The notes under the pieces are model-generated. The model saw only the letters and a program-made list of their open reading frames with translations, was not told the DNA's origin and searched no databases. The position numbers were made by a program, and so were the translations under genes. Shown in pieces: positions 1-14,052 of a DNA stretch of 64,000 nucleotides (the first letter of the stretch is position 1; every line of letters starts with the position of its first letter). The stretch is from Octopus sinensis. Taxonomy: Eukaryota. The stretch spans positions 14,322,001 through 14,386,000 of the forward strand of contig NC_043009.1 in assembly GCF_006345805.1 (NCBI RefSeq). Direction: 5' to 3'.

Positions 1-925
1 TGAGGGCAGTAAAGAAATATATTATAATTTGTAACTGAATCCCCTTTTAAGTTCCTTGTTCAATCAAACCTTTCTCGGATTTAATAAGTTTTAGTAATAA
101 GCATTCCATAATAGGACACAAAGTACTATAAGACTATATCGAGTTACCCTTGAATACAACAGTGAAAACAAAAGTGCTACTTCGTCTTTACAGAAAATTC
201 TGAAGAGTCTCGCAACACCCCCCCCCCCCACACACACACATGTATGCATATATTCCAAAGCACAGACAGTCACCCGACCATCTTGTTCTCCAGAATATCT
301 GAAGGTTAATCTACAATATTTCTTAATATATTATCGATAACTTTCTTTAGAGAACATACATCTCTCTCTAAATATTTTATTTATGTATTTTTTCCAGATG
401 TCGTGATCTCTTTCTGATGGTTTAGAATATTTTATTATAGTCATTTGCAATTTTGCGTAAATGATCGACCATATTTTTTGGTTGAACATATTTTATTTTC
501 CAGACAATGGATTTGTCATACACTGAAAAATGGATACAAAAATATTCATTTATAAAAAATGCTTCACTAAAACTAGCCACTGTTCTTGCTTGCGTATTGT
601 TTATATTTATTATATTAAAGAAATGAAAACATCACCAGGCTTTGCGCAGGAATGGATGAATATATCTTATGTTTTTCACTTAGAAATAAAATTCATAATT
701 GCAAGGCACATTTTCTAACAGTTTATTTGACGACAATTTTCATCTCCTTTGCTAATCATGTGCTTGCAATTATATTTACGTCGGCATAATCACGCTAATT
801 TTTTAAATTTCAGACGATTGAATAAACGGCAACTGAGACTTACAATAAAACAATTGCAAGCTTAAAACAATTTCTAAGTTAGGCAAAATGACAGAAAAAA
901 AAAAGGGAGGAGCTTTGTTGATATC

Positions 926-1465
926 ATCGCCTTCAGTACTGGTTTGTTAAGTTGTTTTATCGATCCCGAAAGGATGTAAAGCAAATTGGCCTCGGTAGGA
1001 ATTGAAATAAGTAAAGTTCCTGAATAATTTACCACATAGTATTTTTTCGCCGCTGTTGTTATTCTGCTAACTAGCCACGCTATTAATTTCTACTTTAAGT
1101 ACATCACTCATTTTATGGACCCCACAAGGATGAAAGAAAAAGTTGACGTTGGAGGAATTTGAACTCAGAACATAAGGGCAGATGAAATACAGATAAGCAT
1201 TTTTCCCGGTGTGTTAACGATTCTGTGTTAAAGCTCACCGCTTTAATAATAATCTTTTGTACGATAGGCACAAGACCTGAAACTTTGGGCAGAGGGATAG
1301 TCGATGTAATCGACCCCAGTACTCAGCGGGTACTTATTTTATCGACCCCGAAAGGATGAAATTTAAATTCGACCCGGTGGCATTTGAACTCAAAATGTGA
1401 AGACAGACGAAACGCCGCCAAGCATCACGCCAAACGTGCTGGCGATTCTGAGAGTTCGCCGTCTT
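926..1465 (-). mobile_element. Cluster of three tRNA-derived SINE family A copies/fragments (926-1008, ~1097-1230, ~1250-1465)
   Basis: Reverse complements match the family A consensus seen at 14053 and 37402 (AAGGCGGCGAGCTGGCAGAATCG head, GAGTTCAAATTCC B-box, CCTTTCATCCTTTCGGGGTCGATAAAATAAGTACC core). Confidence 0.8.
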
Positions 1466-1650
<185 letters not shown>

Positions 1651-2058
1651 AAGGATGATAATATATGTGTGCATGTTTGTGAGTATGTGCGAATGTCTAT
1701 GTCTGTCTGTAAATGTATTGGTTTGCGTTTCTCTATAGCAGGTAACTACGATCCATTAATTTGAATCCCTTCCCACATGAAGATAAAAAGCAAAGCGATA
1801 AACTTATATTGATAAAATTAGATTCAGGTTACGATAAGTGGTTGGCGCGTAATGATGTATCAAAATAATTGATGATAGTGGCGAAGATGGCCGTAGCAAG
1901 TGACTGAAAACAATACCTAGAAAGGCTATACTCGCTCTCAGACATACAGAAATACAACCCTCAACATACATATATATATATATGATCACGCGCACACACA
2001 CCAAGACTCATACATACATAAATATATGTATTCATGTATGTACGTATATATACATATA

Positions 2059-2098
<40 letters not shown>

Positions 2099-2513
2099 CA
2101 TATAAACATGTGTGTGCGTGTGTATGTGTGTTTGTATATTTCCCATTTATTTCTGCCTTTCTCTATATAAACATATATGTGTATGTGTATATATGAATGT
2201 GTGTGCATGTGCATGTTAAAAAATTATACCAAATGGGAAAAACACGAAAGAAAAGACAGAGACAGATGAGGAAACAATAATTAAGGTGTCTTAGCTTGAC
2301 ACTCAGGAAAAATTGAGGAGTGTTTGACATTTCGAGACTACGGCCTTACTCAGAAAACATATAGAGAGAAAACAGATGGAGAGAGAAAAAAATCGGACAC
2401 ACACATATACACACACATACTTGCATGCACATTTATATGTATATATGTGCATATATTTCTGTGCATAAAGGTATGCTTATATATATATATATATATTTTT
2501 TTTAATTACTTTT

Positions 2514-2548
2514 ACTCTTTTACTTGTTTCAGTCATTTGACTGCGGCC
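2514..2548 (-). mobile_element. 3'-terminal stub of SINE family B
   Basis: ACTCTTTTACTTGTTTCAGTCATTTGACTGCGGCC is essentially identical to the tail of the full copy at 62666-63070. Confidence 0.75.
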
Positions 2549-3289
2549 CCGTAAATATATATATATATATATATATATTCACGTATGTCTATATATGTTT
2601 TGAAAATATGTGCTGTATATTCAAACATATATATAAACGAAGAAACGACGAATAATACATTAATAATACATTAAAATTAATGGAAATATAATATAAGATA
2701 AATGTAAATATATCAAGGTAGTAGATTTATATTCGGTTAAAGTTGATTGAATCTCAAATCTATATTTTCAGCTTATTGATTCTTGATATAATAGTTTCGT
2801 ATTCACTTTCTTGAAATACCTTTGGGATACTGGAAGCAGTTGAAATTGAATTCAGCAATATCGTGGAATGGAATCCAACTGTTAGGTTTCGAACCCAGTT
2901 CTTACCGAGATATCATAAACATTGCTATATATCATCTGTATCACTGGGGTCAATTTGCAAGTATATTTAGATGGAATCCTGTAGCTTGAAACGGATGAAA
3001 GATAAATTACACTCATGTTCCTTCAGTGACTATCTTAATATTTCCAAATGATTGTGTATGTAATCATAATAGCTTGTTGCTGTTGCTTAATACCAAGTCA
3101 ACTCTGATCCAACTGTAAGCGACAACTGATATTAGCTGCCTATACTTGCAACACCTGTGCCTCGCTAAGATGTCTTATAGAAACATATGTCTACTGGCAA
3201 GATCAAGTTCATTTCCACTTCGTACCTATATTTTATTAATTTAAAAGTTAATTTTGAGTAACATTTCATACAAATGTCCAAACTCATCC

Positions 3290-3455
3290 TCAGAACTGGT
3301 TCATTCGTTCATTGTTCGACCGTGGTCGAGACAATGGAATTTACTATGTTACGCCAGACTTCACGGCCCATCATAGCATTACGGAGGTCCTGTTGCTGGA
3401 TGCCTGTATCCCTGGAGATTACATCCGTGTAGGAGAGTGTGCACCCTCTGGTAAT
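3290..3455 (-). mobile_element. RTE-clade LINE, extreme 3' end (ORF C-terminus plus short TGA-repeat tail)
   Basis: Minus frame reads ITRGCTLSYTDVISRDTGIQQQDLRNAMMGREVWRNIVNSIVSTTVEQ*, matching the RTE C-terminal pattern Y.D.I.RDTG....L...M.DR..WR. Confidence 0.75.
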
Positions 3456-6400
3456 TCAGAAAATGATTCATTTTGTTCAATGATAGTATATATTGGAATA
3501 GTTAACATATATTACCGCATTACCTTACGTATGTTAGAGATTTTTGCTATGACGTTTATTTGTTTTTGATAAGATATATGATATAGTAGATTTATATTAT
3601 CGCTTGTTTGATCAGACGTATGATTACGTCTATATCGATACTGTCTAATCGATCATATTAATATGACAGAATTATCTTGTTGCTGCTCATTTTGTCATTT
3701 TGGTTTGGCAGAAGAAGACTGCTATTGCTGATGCTGTTAATTTTCTTTGAATCCGTTTCACCATACCTAAAAGATGGGTTATTTTTAACTATTCGACCAG
3801 ACACAGACTACCGGAAGGAATCTGATTTTGTTAACGTTGCTTTGTCTTTTTGTTCAGACCTTTGGCTTTCTAATATTCATTTTAGTTATTATTTTTGTCT
3901 GTTTCGTCAGACTCTATGTTACGTTTTAGGAGCAACCTACAAAACGTCCTGAGTACAGAAATAAAAATTACGTAGATTGCATTTTCAGCTGGTCTTGAGG
4001 AACAGATGAATGTTGCATTCGTTGTGTAAATACATTGTGGAGCTTGTGTTAAGATGCAAAATTTACGTCAATTGGTAAGAAAAAAGGGCATTTAATGAGG
4101 TTGGCCTTCGTGCTTATCTTTAAATCAGTTCTTGTTTAGAGTACCTTTGATCAAAATCATTACATTCCTGGTACTCTGTATTTCAAAATTTTCTATGACT
4201 AACATGGCAGGGTGATTTAGGTTCTATTTCTTGTAAGCTAGTCAACCACGATAAGGCCCATTCATGACTCGAGCGACATTATTGTTCATATCCCTTTGGC
4301 ATCCTATATTGGGCGCTCAAAACATACAAACCCACACCTGATCGCTTTCCAGTTCATGTATGATCTAATGATTACTTAAAACCTCACCAGGCAGAGAAGA
4401 AGAGCACGATGTTGGATAATTTTATAATCGACTTAAATGCATTTTTCCACAAAAGGAAATTCATAGAGCAATAAAACATCCTTTAGATTACGTTGTTCAT
4501 TTTTGGGTTTAAATTATTATTTATACGATCAAATATGATCAAGATTGAAACGACCCGAATATATTCCCACATCTAATTCAATATCAATGTCAGAATTTAA
4601 TATCAGTTCCTAGCAGAATTTTGACACTGAATTTTATGTCTAGAAAACGAACATTGAAATTGTTTACTCTTCAGCTGTATTCGTCACGCAACCAAATAGC
4701 TGAGAATTTAACGATTGATTTATTAGTTAATGACACAATATAAATTCGGGAAGATAAAACTATGTAACTGTCAGTGTCTCTCTTAGATGCACGCCGCTCA
4801 TGGTTTCAAAAGGCAAATAAAATTCCGATGCTTTGATATTTCCCATATAAAGGTATAAAAAATCTTTACTTTATAACTACTTTATAACACACAAAATAAC
4901 ACATAAATACATATACATACTCATACACACATTCACACACTCACACGCACACATAAAACCATATATCAGTACATATCGTTTGATATTTAGACGAGGCTTG
5001 ACTAAATGCTGCCCAAGGTTAAATTCATAAGTGATTTGAATTTATGTCTTCACATAATCTACTGAAACTTTTCTGTATTTCTAGATAGATATATTATGCT
5101 AGACAGATGTCAAAATTGGCAACGAAATGAATATGATTGCGTTTCAGATATATTCTGCCTTTGTATTTACTTAGCCGCTGGATCCCGATTTTATTTTTGA
5201 TTATAGCTCTATACATTTGTGGCATGAGACCGATTCCTGTAATTACAAATTAAAACAATCAAGTGAAGATATTCTCTTTTAAATTGACGTTTTCTTGGCC
5301 TCAAACTCAACGTATACTTCTATATTTAGAAGTATATTCTGCAGCCTGATATGAATCAATGACTAAATCACTTTGCGATCGAATCAAAAAACTATAACAC
5401 TCCAGATGGATTTCAACTTTGGGAAACGAAAATGTTAACAAATAATTAAATGAAAAGCTAAAGTCATTCTAAGGAAGGAACTCCGGGGAATATCGCAATA
5501 GACTGACGTTGGTCCTGTTTGCAATATTCTAGCTTGATTGTTCATGAACTTAAGTCTTCGTCTTCGCAATGCTACTTTTGAACACCCCAAGGAAATCTAT
5601 GTAAACCTCTCTCCAGTGAAAGAGAGAGAAAGAGAGAGAGAGCGAGGGAGAAAAAAGGGGAAAAATACGGCAATGAATCCGGCCCACAGGTTTCTATTAC
5701 CCTTGTGATCACAGTGAGGATTTCCTTTCGCTCCTTTCCTACGGATGTCATTTTGTTTCAACGATACGCCCGTTCAAAAATGTTACCTTAATTGACTGTT
5801 ACTTGATTCACTTTTATTCATCTGCCAGGAATCACAACACATATATTGCGTTATGTCGCTCATCCAATTTTGAATATAATTGCATATGATACGAACGTTT
5901 ACAGATGCTTGCTTCTCCGAAAACTTCACAATGAGTCAGGCGTAAATTTCCGAGTACGACACTATGTGCTACAGAATGATCTCCGTCCACTCACATGGGA
6001 CGATCATCCAAACATGGGCTCGGGGATGTTCTCATCATCTATTTGCAACATCGATATTTTTCGTAATAATTCTCAATAGCCTGTTTTAACTTGAGAAAAT
6101 TATCCTTTACTGTTTTTCCCAATTTTGAAGCGGATTTTTCATAAATGGTTGGTCTGCCTAGTGCTTCTTTGTTTAACATGCGCTAGACTATAGCTCTTTC
6201 AAACCGATGGCTAAGTAGTAGAAAATGATACGCAAATCATTAAAGGGAAATACTACGCCACCCACGCAAAGCACTGCTCTAGGGACCACGCTACGCACGT
6301 TGGTTGATACGCTGATTTCGAACTTCAATTTCCTTTTCGACAAATCTCACATTCATATGTGTGTATATGTGTGTACGTGCGCTTGAGTGTCTGAATACGA

Positions 6401-6859
6401 ACATACACGTACGCGTGCCGATACTCACACATATATAAACAACTAAATCAACAGCTGTGTTGATGTCCAAAGCAACTACATCATAATAAAACAAAACTGA
6501 GACTGTAGGAGAAAATCAATTACATAGCATCTGTCAGTAAGCAAAATATTTCATAATGCTTGCATTTTTAACACCATAGTAACTTGCTCTCAAGCTTGAT
6601 GACATTGCAAGTTTCATTGTATGAACAAACAATCCAGCTGACAAGACTGTTGGGAATCTGTTGATATTTCAAGTAGGTATGTACATAGAGTAATATCTAC
6701 GTAGGTGTGAATAGTTATATCTATGACAGTACAGTTTTTGTGAATCCATCTGGATGAATGCAAGCATTTAGTTGTTTCTGTCTGTTGAGCATACATAATA
6801 TATATATATATATATATATACATACATACATACACACATACATACATACTTACGTACAT

Positions 6860-6917
<58 letters not shown>

Positions 6918-7634
6918 ATATAATATATATATACGAGTTAGTAGGCAAACGAAAAGAGAGGGCACTCAACACATTTATTCGGAGTTACATGTGTCGATCA
7001 AAACTATTTGATTCAGACTCCTTGATGTATCTCTGTCCCTGTGCGCGCGCGCGAATGTTTGAATCTAAGCACACATACACACTCGTATAATTACGGCTGC
7101 ATACGCGCAGATATATGGGCATATACATGTACATATATCCATATATGCCCCAACATATACTGTTCCCCAACCTACTTCCCCCAACCACACGACCGATTTC
7201 TTGTCCACCACGTGGTTCATTTCCTGTTCACCATACGGTATTTTCCAACTAATTGTTATCGCTGAAATACTCACATCGAACCGCTATAGCGCGTGATCTT
7301 TCCCGATTAATCACAGTCTAACGTCCAGTAATTAACATTGACTCTCTTCAATCGAACTCTCATTCGGATCCCAATGGCCGAAGACTAGCAGCCCACTCGA
7401 ATCTCAGAGTTCCGAGGAATCTCAATCAAATTGTCTTGATCTCTCCTTCTCTCTCAGTTCATATATATACACATACATACAGGCAACATATGTACAACCA
7501 TACATATGCATATATATTTGCACTCTCATGACTAATTTATATTTTGGGCTGCATCTATCCGTTTAGTATACGCAGATGCACACATATATATGCAGGAACT
7601 CATACATACTCATAATAAATGTTGAAGTGGCTAT

Positions 7635-8025
7635 TTTAAATTCGTGCCTATTCTGACCAAGGTAATGAATGTTGGTTAATGACCAAGAGAATACGATAAC
7701 GAATACAAGTGGCCAAAATGGGGGTTCTCCGAAGAATCTCTGACGTACCGTTACACAGCAAGTTGCATTACCCAGAAACCAGGGACTCTTTCCAAGCCGA
7801 GCCGCTACTTTTTCCGCATTGAGGGATCACATTTCCGCAAGTCGGATACGTCAAGCCGATCCAGGCGGTAAGAAACATCGGACTTGATGCAATACAAGAT
7901 GATTGGATAATACCCATAGTTGCAGTCCGCTTCTTTTGGGAATCAAGCTGGAACGTCCAATGACGGTTGTTTCTGATCGAAATCAACGGACGAAGGGCCT
8001 GAGGACTCTACCCCAACGACCCATA
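7635..8025 (+). mobile_element. RTE-clade LINE 3' remnant (RT thumb to C-terminus), with frameshifts and stops
   Basis: Across frameshifts it reads FVPILT.GNECWLMTKRIR*RIQVAKMGVLRRISD...EPLLFRIEGS...TR*LDNTHS...LGI...MTVVSDR....GLRTLPQRP, the typical RTE YG.E.W...EM..LRRI...RW.D...DR..W motif order. Confidence 0.8.
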
Positions 8026-8564
8026 TGTCTAAATGTCTAGATATGTATGTATGCAGAAACCTATGTGTATAACAGGATGAAGTTGCGTGCACACACACAC
8101 ACACATACATATACATGTGTGCGTGTGTATGTGGATATGTGTGTATGTATGAGGACGTATATTACATATATGTTTGTATATGTATGTACTTATACATGTT
8201 TGTGTGAATGTGTACGTATGTAGACGTTATGAACGTTGGAGGTTTTACGTCTACGTATTCTGAGAATATATCCTCACACACTGGTGTTATCTCAACCCTT
8301 ATTAATGATGTAATTTCTTTCAGTTTGTTCTCATACACATTACAGTTCATAAATATTTATTTTTCCGCCTTTTTCTATGTTGGGAATTTTATTTGCATTG
8401 ATCAGTCGGTTTGGTTCTTTATGTTTCACTTATCAAGACCAATCAGAAGGAAAGTATGTCTGTTGTGGAGCCCGTGACGTCTTTGAAGATTAGACTTTTC
8501 CCCTTCAGCAGGAGAAATTGATTGTTCAGTTAATTCTTATAAATATTGTAATGCTCTCGCCCCA

Positions 8565-8700
8565 GCAGCAGCAGCAGCAGCAGCCCAAACATACTAAAAG
8601 CTGGTCGCTCGAGTGGTGTGAAGGTGTCATCCGTCAGGAATAGGGACTCATCAACAAATGGTGGGCGCCGCACACGAGCTGTCAAAGCACACGCACCCCA

Positions 8701-8762
<62 letters not shown>

Positions 8763-8910
8763 ATGCTGCTGCTGCTGATGATGATGCTGTTGCTGTTGCT
8801 GCTGCTGCTGTTTCTTCTACTACTAATACTAATACTACTACTACTACTACCACTACTACTAGTACTACTACTACTGCTGCTGCTTCAGCTGTTGCTGCTG
8901 CTGCTGCTGC
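8565..8910. repeat. Compound trinucleotide repeats (CAG)n, (CTA)n, (GCT)n
   Basis: Direct reading. Confidence 0.9.
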
Positions 8911-9904
8911 AAGCTATATATTTATCTGTCATTTTGTCTGTGAACTGCAAACAAATGAACGCTGCTAAGGTTTCCCACTGTGAAAATTTCACACGCTGAG
9001 AAATATTACTTTTAGCAATTTAGTCAACTAAATCCATACTTGAAATCCCTGCGTCACACATAGCCCTCACACCACTAAGCACCCACTTGACCACACAAAC
9101 GCATACTATAATGTATGAATTCAGAGTATCGTATGGTTATTACAGTAATCTCCTCCTACGGCCACGGCTATCTGTCCACGTAATAATCAATTACAAACTA
9201 ATGCCGTGGAAAGTGACCATGTAATCGAAATTCCAGAAGATCCAAGCGATAAACTATTCAGTGAGGAGTATTTAATTCGTGAATGTACAATTATTTGTAT
9301 TATACTGAGCACATATTTACTATAAACATCTATGTATAATTTCTGCATACTGAAATAAATTTCAGTGCTACCTCAAGTAGTTTACGAAATGTCTGTAATC
9401 ATATGGAAGTCATATCATTAAAAAAATCTGTTTTCAACTCTCACAGCCACTGATATTTTGCTTTATATCTGATGCAGTCATCAAAATTTTTATAATGTCT
9501 CGTTGTTGAGCCTATCTCAACAACGAGAAGATTGCATTTTACACCGTTTATTCCTTTGGAATAAAACCAATGTTGTCTTCGAAACATATGTCGAAAGTAA
9601 AAGAATTTGAATAGCAATTGCGTTCAACTCCATTTATTTACTTATACTACACAAATTACTGCACATTAATCCGGAGTTTCTACCTTTGAATAGGTCGCTT
9701 CATCTTTGTTACTTGCGTGAATTTTGCTACCCTGGTAACTGTTTATTGAATTTTCCATGTTAACGGTAAACAAAGGATAATTCATTCATCCATTCATATA
9801 TATATATATATATATATCCTTTAAGTTTGTGGGAAATGTTTTCGAGTATACATATAAAAGGTCCTATTTTATTACGTCGGGTACTGCCAATGATACCAAC
9901 TTAT

Positions 9905-10142
9905 AGTGGCAGTCTTCGAGTCACATCGATTCATAACGTCCATTTTCCAAGTTTCATGGCGCATACATTCCCCATCTGGACGAGATTCCAGTCCGTCGCA
10001 GGATTACTCAATTTTGCCAGCTGATTGGACATAAAATGAAATATTTTGCTGAAGAACACAATGCATTACCCGATCCAGGAATCGAAACCACAATCTTATG
10101 ATCATAAGTCCAACGCCCTAACCACTAAGCTACGCGCCCCAC
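9905..10142 (-). mobile_element. tRNA-derived SINE family C
   Basis: Minus strand begins GTGGGGCGCGTAGCTTAGTGGTTAGGGCGTTGG (A-box) ... GTGGTTTCGATTCCTGG (B-box), followed by a non-tRNA body. Confidence 0.7.
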
Positions 10143-10224
10143 ATAGCAGCTTTATGGGGTTCTGCCGAACAGTGCCGATATAATATAGCATATGTGTGTG
10201 TGTGTCTGTGTTTGTGTCTGTGTC

Positions 10225-10369
10225 TGTGGTTAGAAGCTTGCTTCCCAACAACATGGTTCCGAGCTCAGACCCACTGCATAGCACCTTAGGTAAGTGTCTT
10301 CTACTAAAGCCCCAGGCCGACCAAAGTCTTGTGAGTAGTTTGGTAGAGAGAAACTGAAAGAAACCAGTC

Positions 10370-10372
<3 letters not shown>
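10225..10372 (+). mobile_element. SINE family B 5' half (tRNA head plus CORE-like segment)
   Basis: GTGGTTAGAAGCTTGCTTCCCAAC...ACCTTAGGTAAGTGTCTTCTACTAAAGCC...GAAACTGAAAGAA; homologous to 46666-46830 and to 62900-63070 (reverse). Confidence 0.8.
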
Positions 10373-10436
<64 letters not shown>

Positions 10437-11261
10437 TGTCGGTATGTACATATATGTATGTATTTATACAATATTCATATTATTATATGATCGAACACCA
10501 CGCATCCTTTTCTAAGTAAGTTTTATCGTAATAATTACGATGCGCACTCTTCTACTTTTACTATCTCTTCTCTGTCTATCTCTCTCCGTCCCTTGTTTTT
10601 CATCCTTTATGGTTTTCTCTCCCACCCTTCCCTATTCTTTCCCCCCTCTTCACCATTCCATCTCTCTCACTCCTCCTCCTCGACTCTCTCGTCGCTGATA
10701 CGTGACGAAAGATAATCTGTCTTTCTGCCCACAACCTTCGTAAAGTAAAAACATGCTTATACTGTCTACTTCATAAGCTCGCCTTCCTTAGCGTTCATAA
10801 TTTTTCTATCGTCTTGGCTCTACAGCCCTCACTGTTGTTTTTACTGTTTTGTCTTCACTGTCCTGTTCTTGTTACCACTTTCACCCTACGCAAGAAATTC
10901 CAAATTTTATTTAATTTGCTTTGCGGGAAGGACTGTTTCAACAAAGTCGCGTCTTGTCCTTGCCTCTGAAACGTGGAGTAGATGAAACAGGAACAACTGA
11001 AGAAGGGGAATATTCTTTATGTTGTATGTCCCATTTCTCTGTTTTTTTACGTTGTTCAAAAAAAAGTTCGTTTCTATGTTTTTGTTTTCGTTTCTCATTG
11101 TGTTCAACGTTTTTTTGATGTCCTGTACACATATATGTATGTATGTATATAATCATATATATATGTAGGTATGTACATATATACATATGCATATATATAT
11201 ATATATACACACATATATATATATGTGTGTGTGTGTGTGTTTTGTATATGTATATGTCTTT

Positions 11262-11485
11262 GTGACTGTATCTGTCCCCTACGACCGCTTAACAAACGGT
11301 GTTGGTGTTGTACCGTCCCTTTAACGGAGCGGCTTGACAAAAGAAACGATAGAATAATTACTAGGCTTAAAAAAATTTCCTGGAGCGATCTTTTCCTGGG
11401 GCCATCTTTTCGACTAAAACCCTTCAAGGCGATGCTCTAGCATGACCGCAGTCGGATGACTGAAACAAGTAAAAATAAAAAATAA
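11262..11485 (+). mobile_element. SINE family B 3' half
   Basis: GATAGAATAATTACTAGGCTT...GCATGACCGCAGTC..ATGACTGAAACAAGTAAAA tail. Confidence 0.75.
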
Positions 11486-12867
11486 GAGATATACACAGAC
11501 ACTTGTATATGAATATTTGCAAATAATCCATTAATCTGAATATATTCATACATATTTGCAGCTAAGCATACACATGACTTTCATTTTGTAGTTCATCTCT
11601 GTTGGAAAGAGGAATCGTACAAACTTGAATATTATTTCTAGGAATAGTCATTCCCCTTTATGTTCTGAATTCTGTTTCAAATGTGCTTTTCATTTTTCCC
11701 TTGTTGGTAAAACAGATGCTATCGACTATGATCTCTTACTCCCAAAGCATGTAATTAAAAAATTTCCGTTCATGTTCATCCTTGCTTTTGTTATATCTAA
11801 ATCTAGATTCTCTATTGTGCCTTATTTTTTTTTAAGACAGTAGGATATAAAATGAGTGGGGAATTGGATGCTAAGTAACAGTATGTTCGAGTAAAGTTAA
11901 CGCGTTGGTTTTAACTTTTAAGAGAATGAGGTTCGACAGATCCTGAAAAGACTAAAACGGTATGATACTGAGCCAGAATATAGTAAGATTACTACTGCCT
12001 ATAATGATACGCTTTCGGCGTAACATCATTGGCAGTAGCGGTGTTCTGCCGGTCGCAATTACAATTACCGACAAAGGTCTGTTCAATTCTGTGAAGGTTC
12101 TGACGTTTTAGCTATCGACAATAAGAAAAGTATACAAATAAATACCATAATTTCTCTCAATAATATTCAGCACGGAATGATGAATCGATGAAGGAGACGG
12201 GTTAAATTTCTTGTGAATTAATCATAACTTTCCACACAAGTAATTGGTACGAATATTCCTAATTATTGGAATCCGAAGGTGAAATATATTTAAAGGTTTG
12301 ATCAAATATAATATTTTTTGGGCGAATAATCAATTTCGTAACGCAAGCATATAACTGCAGTTGTCGCCAGTGGGTAGATAAAATAGGAAACATCTTAAAA
12401 TAGTGAATTAGGTATTTGAGAAATGCGAGCAAGAATTCATAACATATGTAGTGCAGCTGTTTAGCCTCCATATTGATTTCCAGCATTAATGCAGTCATAT
12501 AATTTTTGGAGAGACGGTTTGTTCAATTAACTCTACTCTGTTACTTGACTGATATTCTATATTATCGACTCTATGAAGTAAGAGTAGCATATCTGATATC
12601 AGCAGGATCTGAATTCAGAATAGAATGTGAACTAAGTAAAATACCTTAAAACATTTTCTCTGACACCACGGTTATTGCCAATAATAACTCCAAATTCTTA
12701 TATGGCTTCTTATTTTTGTGACACGCAACTTTCACATAAACACAGCATAGAAATATTGAAGGTGATACTCAGTTTACGAATGTCTGTCATGGAGTTTGTG
12801 CAGCTTCAGACAACTAGTGATACGCTCACTTTTACTAATATATTTGAATTCTAAGTATGTTGCATAC

Positions 12868-12868
12868 A

Positions 12869-12920
<52 letters not shown>

Positions 12921-13212
12921 ACACCACTGCCGCCGCCACCACCACCACCACCACCACCACCAACACTACTACTACAACAACTACTACTACTACTACTATT
13001 GCTACTACTACTACTTCTACCACCACCACCATCGCCACCGCCGCCGCCGCCACCACCACCACTACTACTACTACTACTCTACAACTACTACTACAACTAC
13101 TACTACCACCACCACCACCACCACCGCTACTACTACTACTCTACAACTACTACTACCATCACCACCACCACCACCACCACCACCACCACCACCACCACCA
13201 CTACTACTACTA

Positions 13213-13245
<33 letters not shown>

Positions 13246-13290
13246 ACTACTACTACTACTACTACTGTTGCTGCTGCTGCCGCTGCCGCT
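12868..13290. repeat. Compound (CTA)n/(CCA)n/(CCG)n microsatellite
   Basis: Direct reading; source of the poly-T/Y/H/P ORFs. Confidence 0.93.
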
Positions 13291-14052
13291 GCTATTCTCC
13301 TGACTTAATATATGTCAAGCTTTGCATTTATTTCCATTTATACATTCCCAGTCTATAAGGTCTGTCTGGAAATAAGAAGTGAAGCAGACACGTTTTAACT
13401 CTTCACTAAATTATCAAACTTCCTTTTTGTTGCTTTTTAAAAATTTTGATGTTTTTTTTTTTCACAATGCAACAAATCAATACATTTACAAAAAATATGA
13501 CCTTGTAAATACTAAAGGAACAGACTTAAAGACTAAAAACTTAGTTGATGTTTGCTTATCCTGCTCTTCATAGTTCTGCATTAAACTATCAATGGATCAA
13601 AGTTAATGAAATAAATAAATAAGTAAATGAATAAATATATAAATAATAATACGAAGAAGAACAACAGCAACAATAAAGTTGATCACGTAAATCACTAACT
13701 ATCTCTAAAAATATTGGTCAATTTTGACTATGGTTCTCTTAGTAGGAAGCATTGGAACGATTTTACTATTTTACTCAAACTTACGTTATTAGTGCAATCA
13801 GTCCTAAAGTTATTTGTACTCTGAACTTGAAAGAGAAGAATCTAAATATATACAGTATTATGGTGACAGTGCATAGCAATTGTGGCCATTCTCTCATTCC
13901 ATAGTGTCACCACGCCCATGTCTTATGTGCACGCATTCGCTGGCGCGCACCCTTACGTACGTCAATGTATTTGTGATGTGTAACTTTGGTACGGTGACAT
14001 ACATTCAGTGTGGAGGAGTATGTGATTAATTCAATTGTAGTATTTCATCTGA

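Noticed and set aside
3292-3451. Apparent plus-strand exon (CAG acceptor, NWFIRSLFDRGRDNGIYY..., GTAATT donor; ORF 3312..3569)
   Set aside because: The opposite strand is a recognisable RTE LINE C-terminus, so the plus frame is its antisense shadow.
5900-6090. CpG-rich stretch reading DACFSENF...*...MCYRM...WARGCSHH...FFVIILNSLF*, faintly Ly6/three-finger-like
   Set aside because: It has an in-frame stop, too few cysteines and no supporting exons. A BLASTX search or RNA-seq would be needed; unsupported as it stands.
7683-7873. GC-richer open frame ending at a GTAAGA donor-like site
   Set aside because: It is explained by a frameshifted RTE remnant on the same strand.
8618-8968. ORF with poly-Thr/Ala runs
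   Set aside because: It is dominated by trinucleotide microsatellites, with overlapping ORFs in several frames and no domain or splice support.
10690-10960. Two HHR-like fragments (CTGATAC..GAAA on plus; GAAAC-A-GTC on minus) in a pyrimidine-rich pLTR-like region
   Set aside because: The cores and stem II are too degenerate to call without a family consensus.
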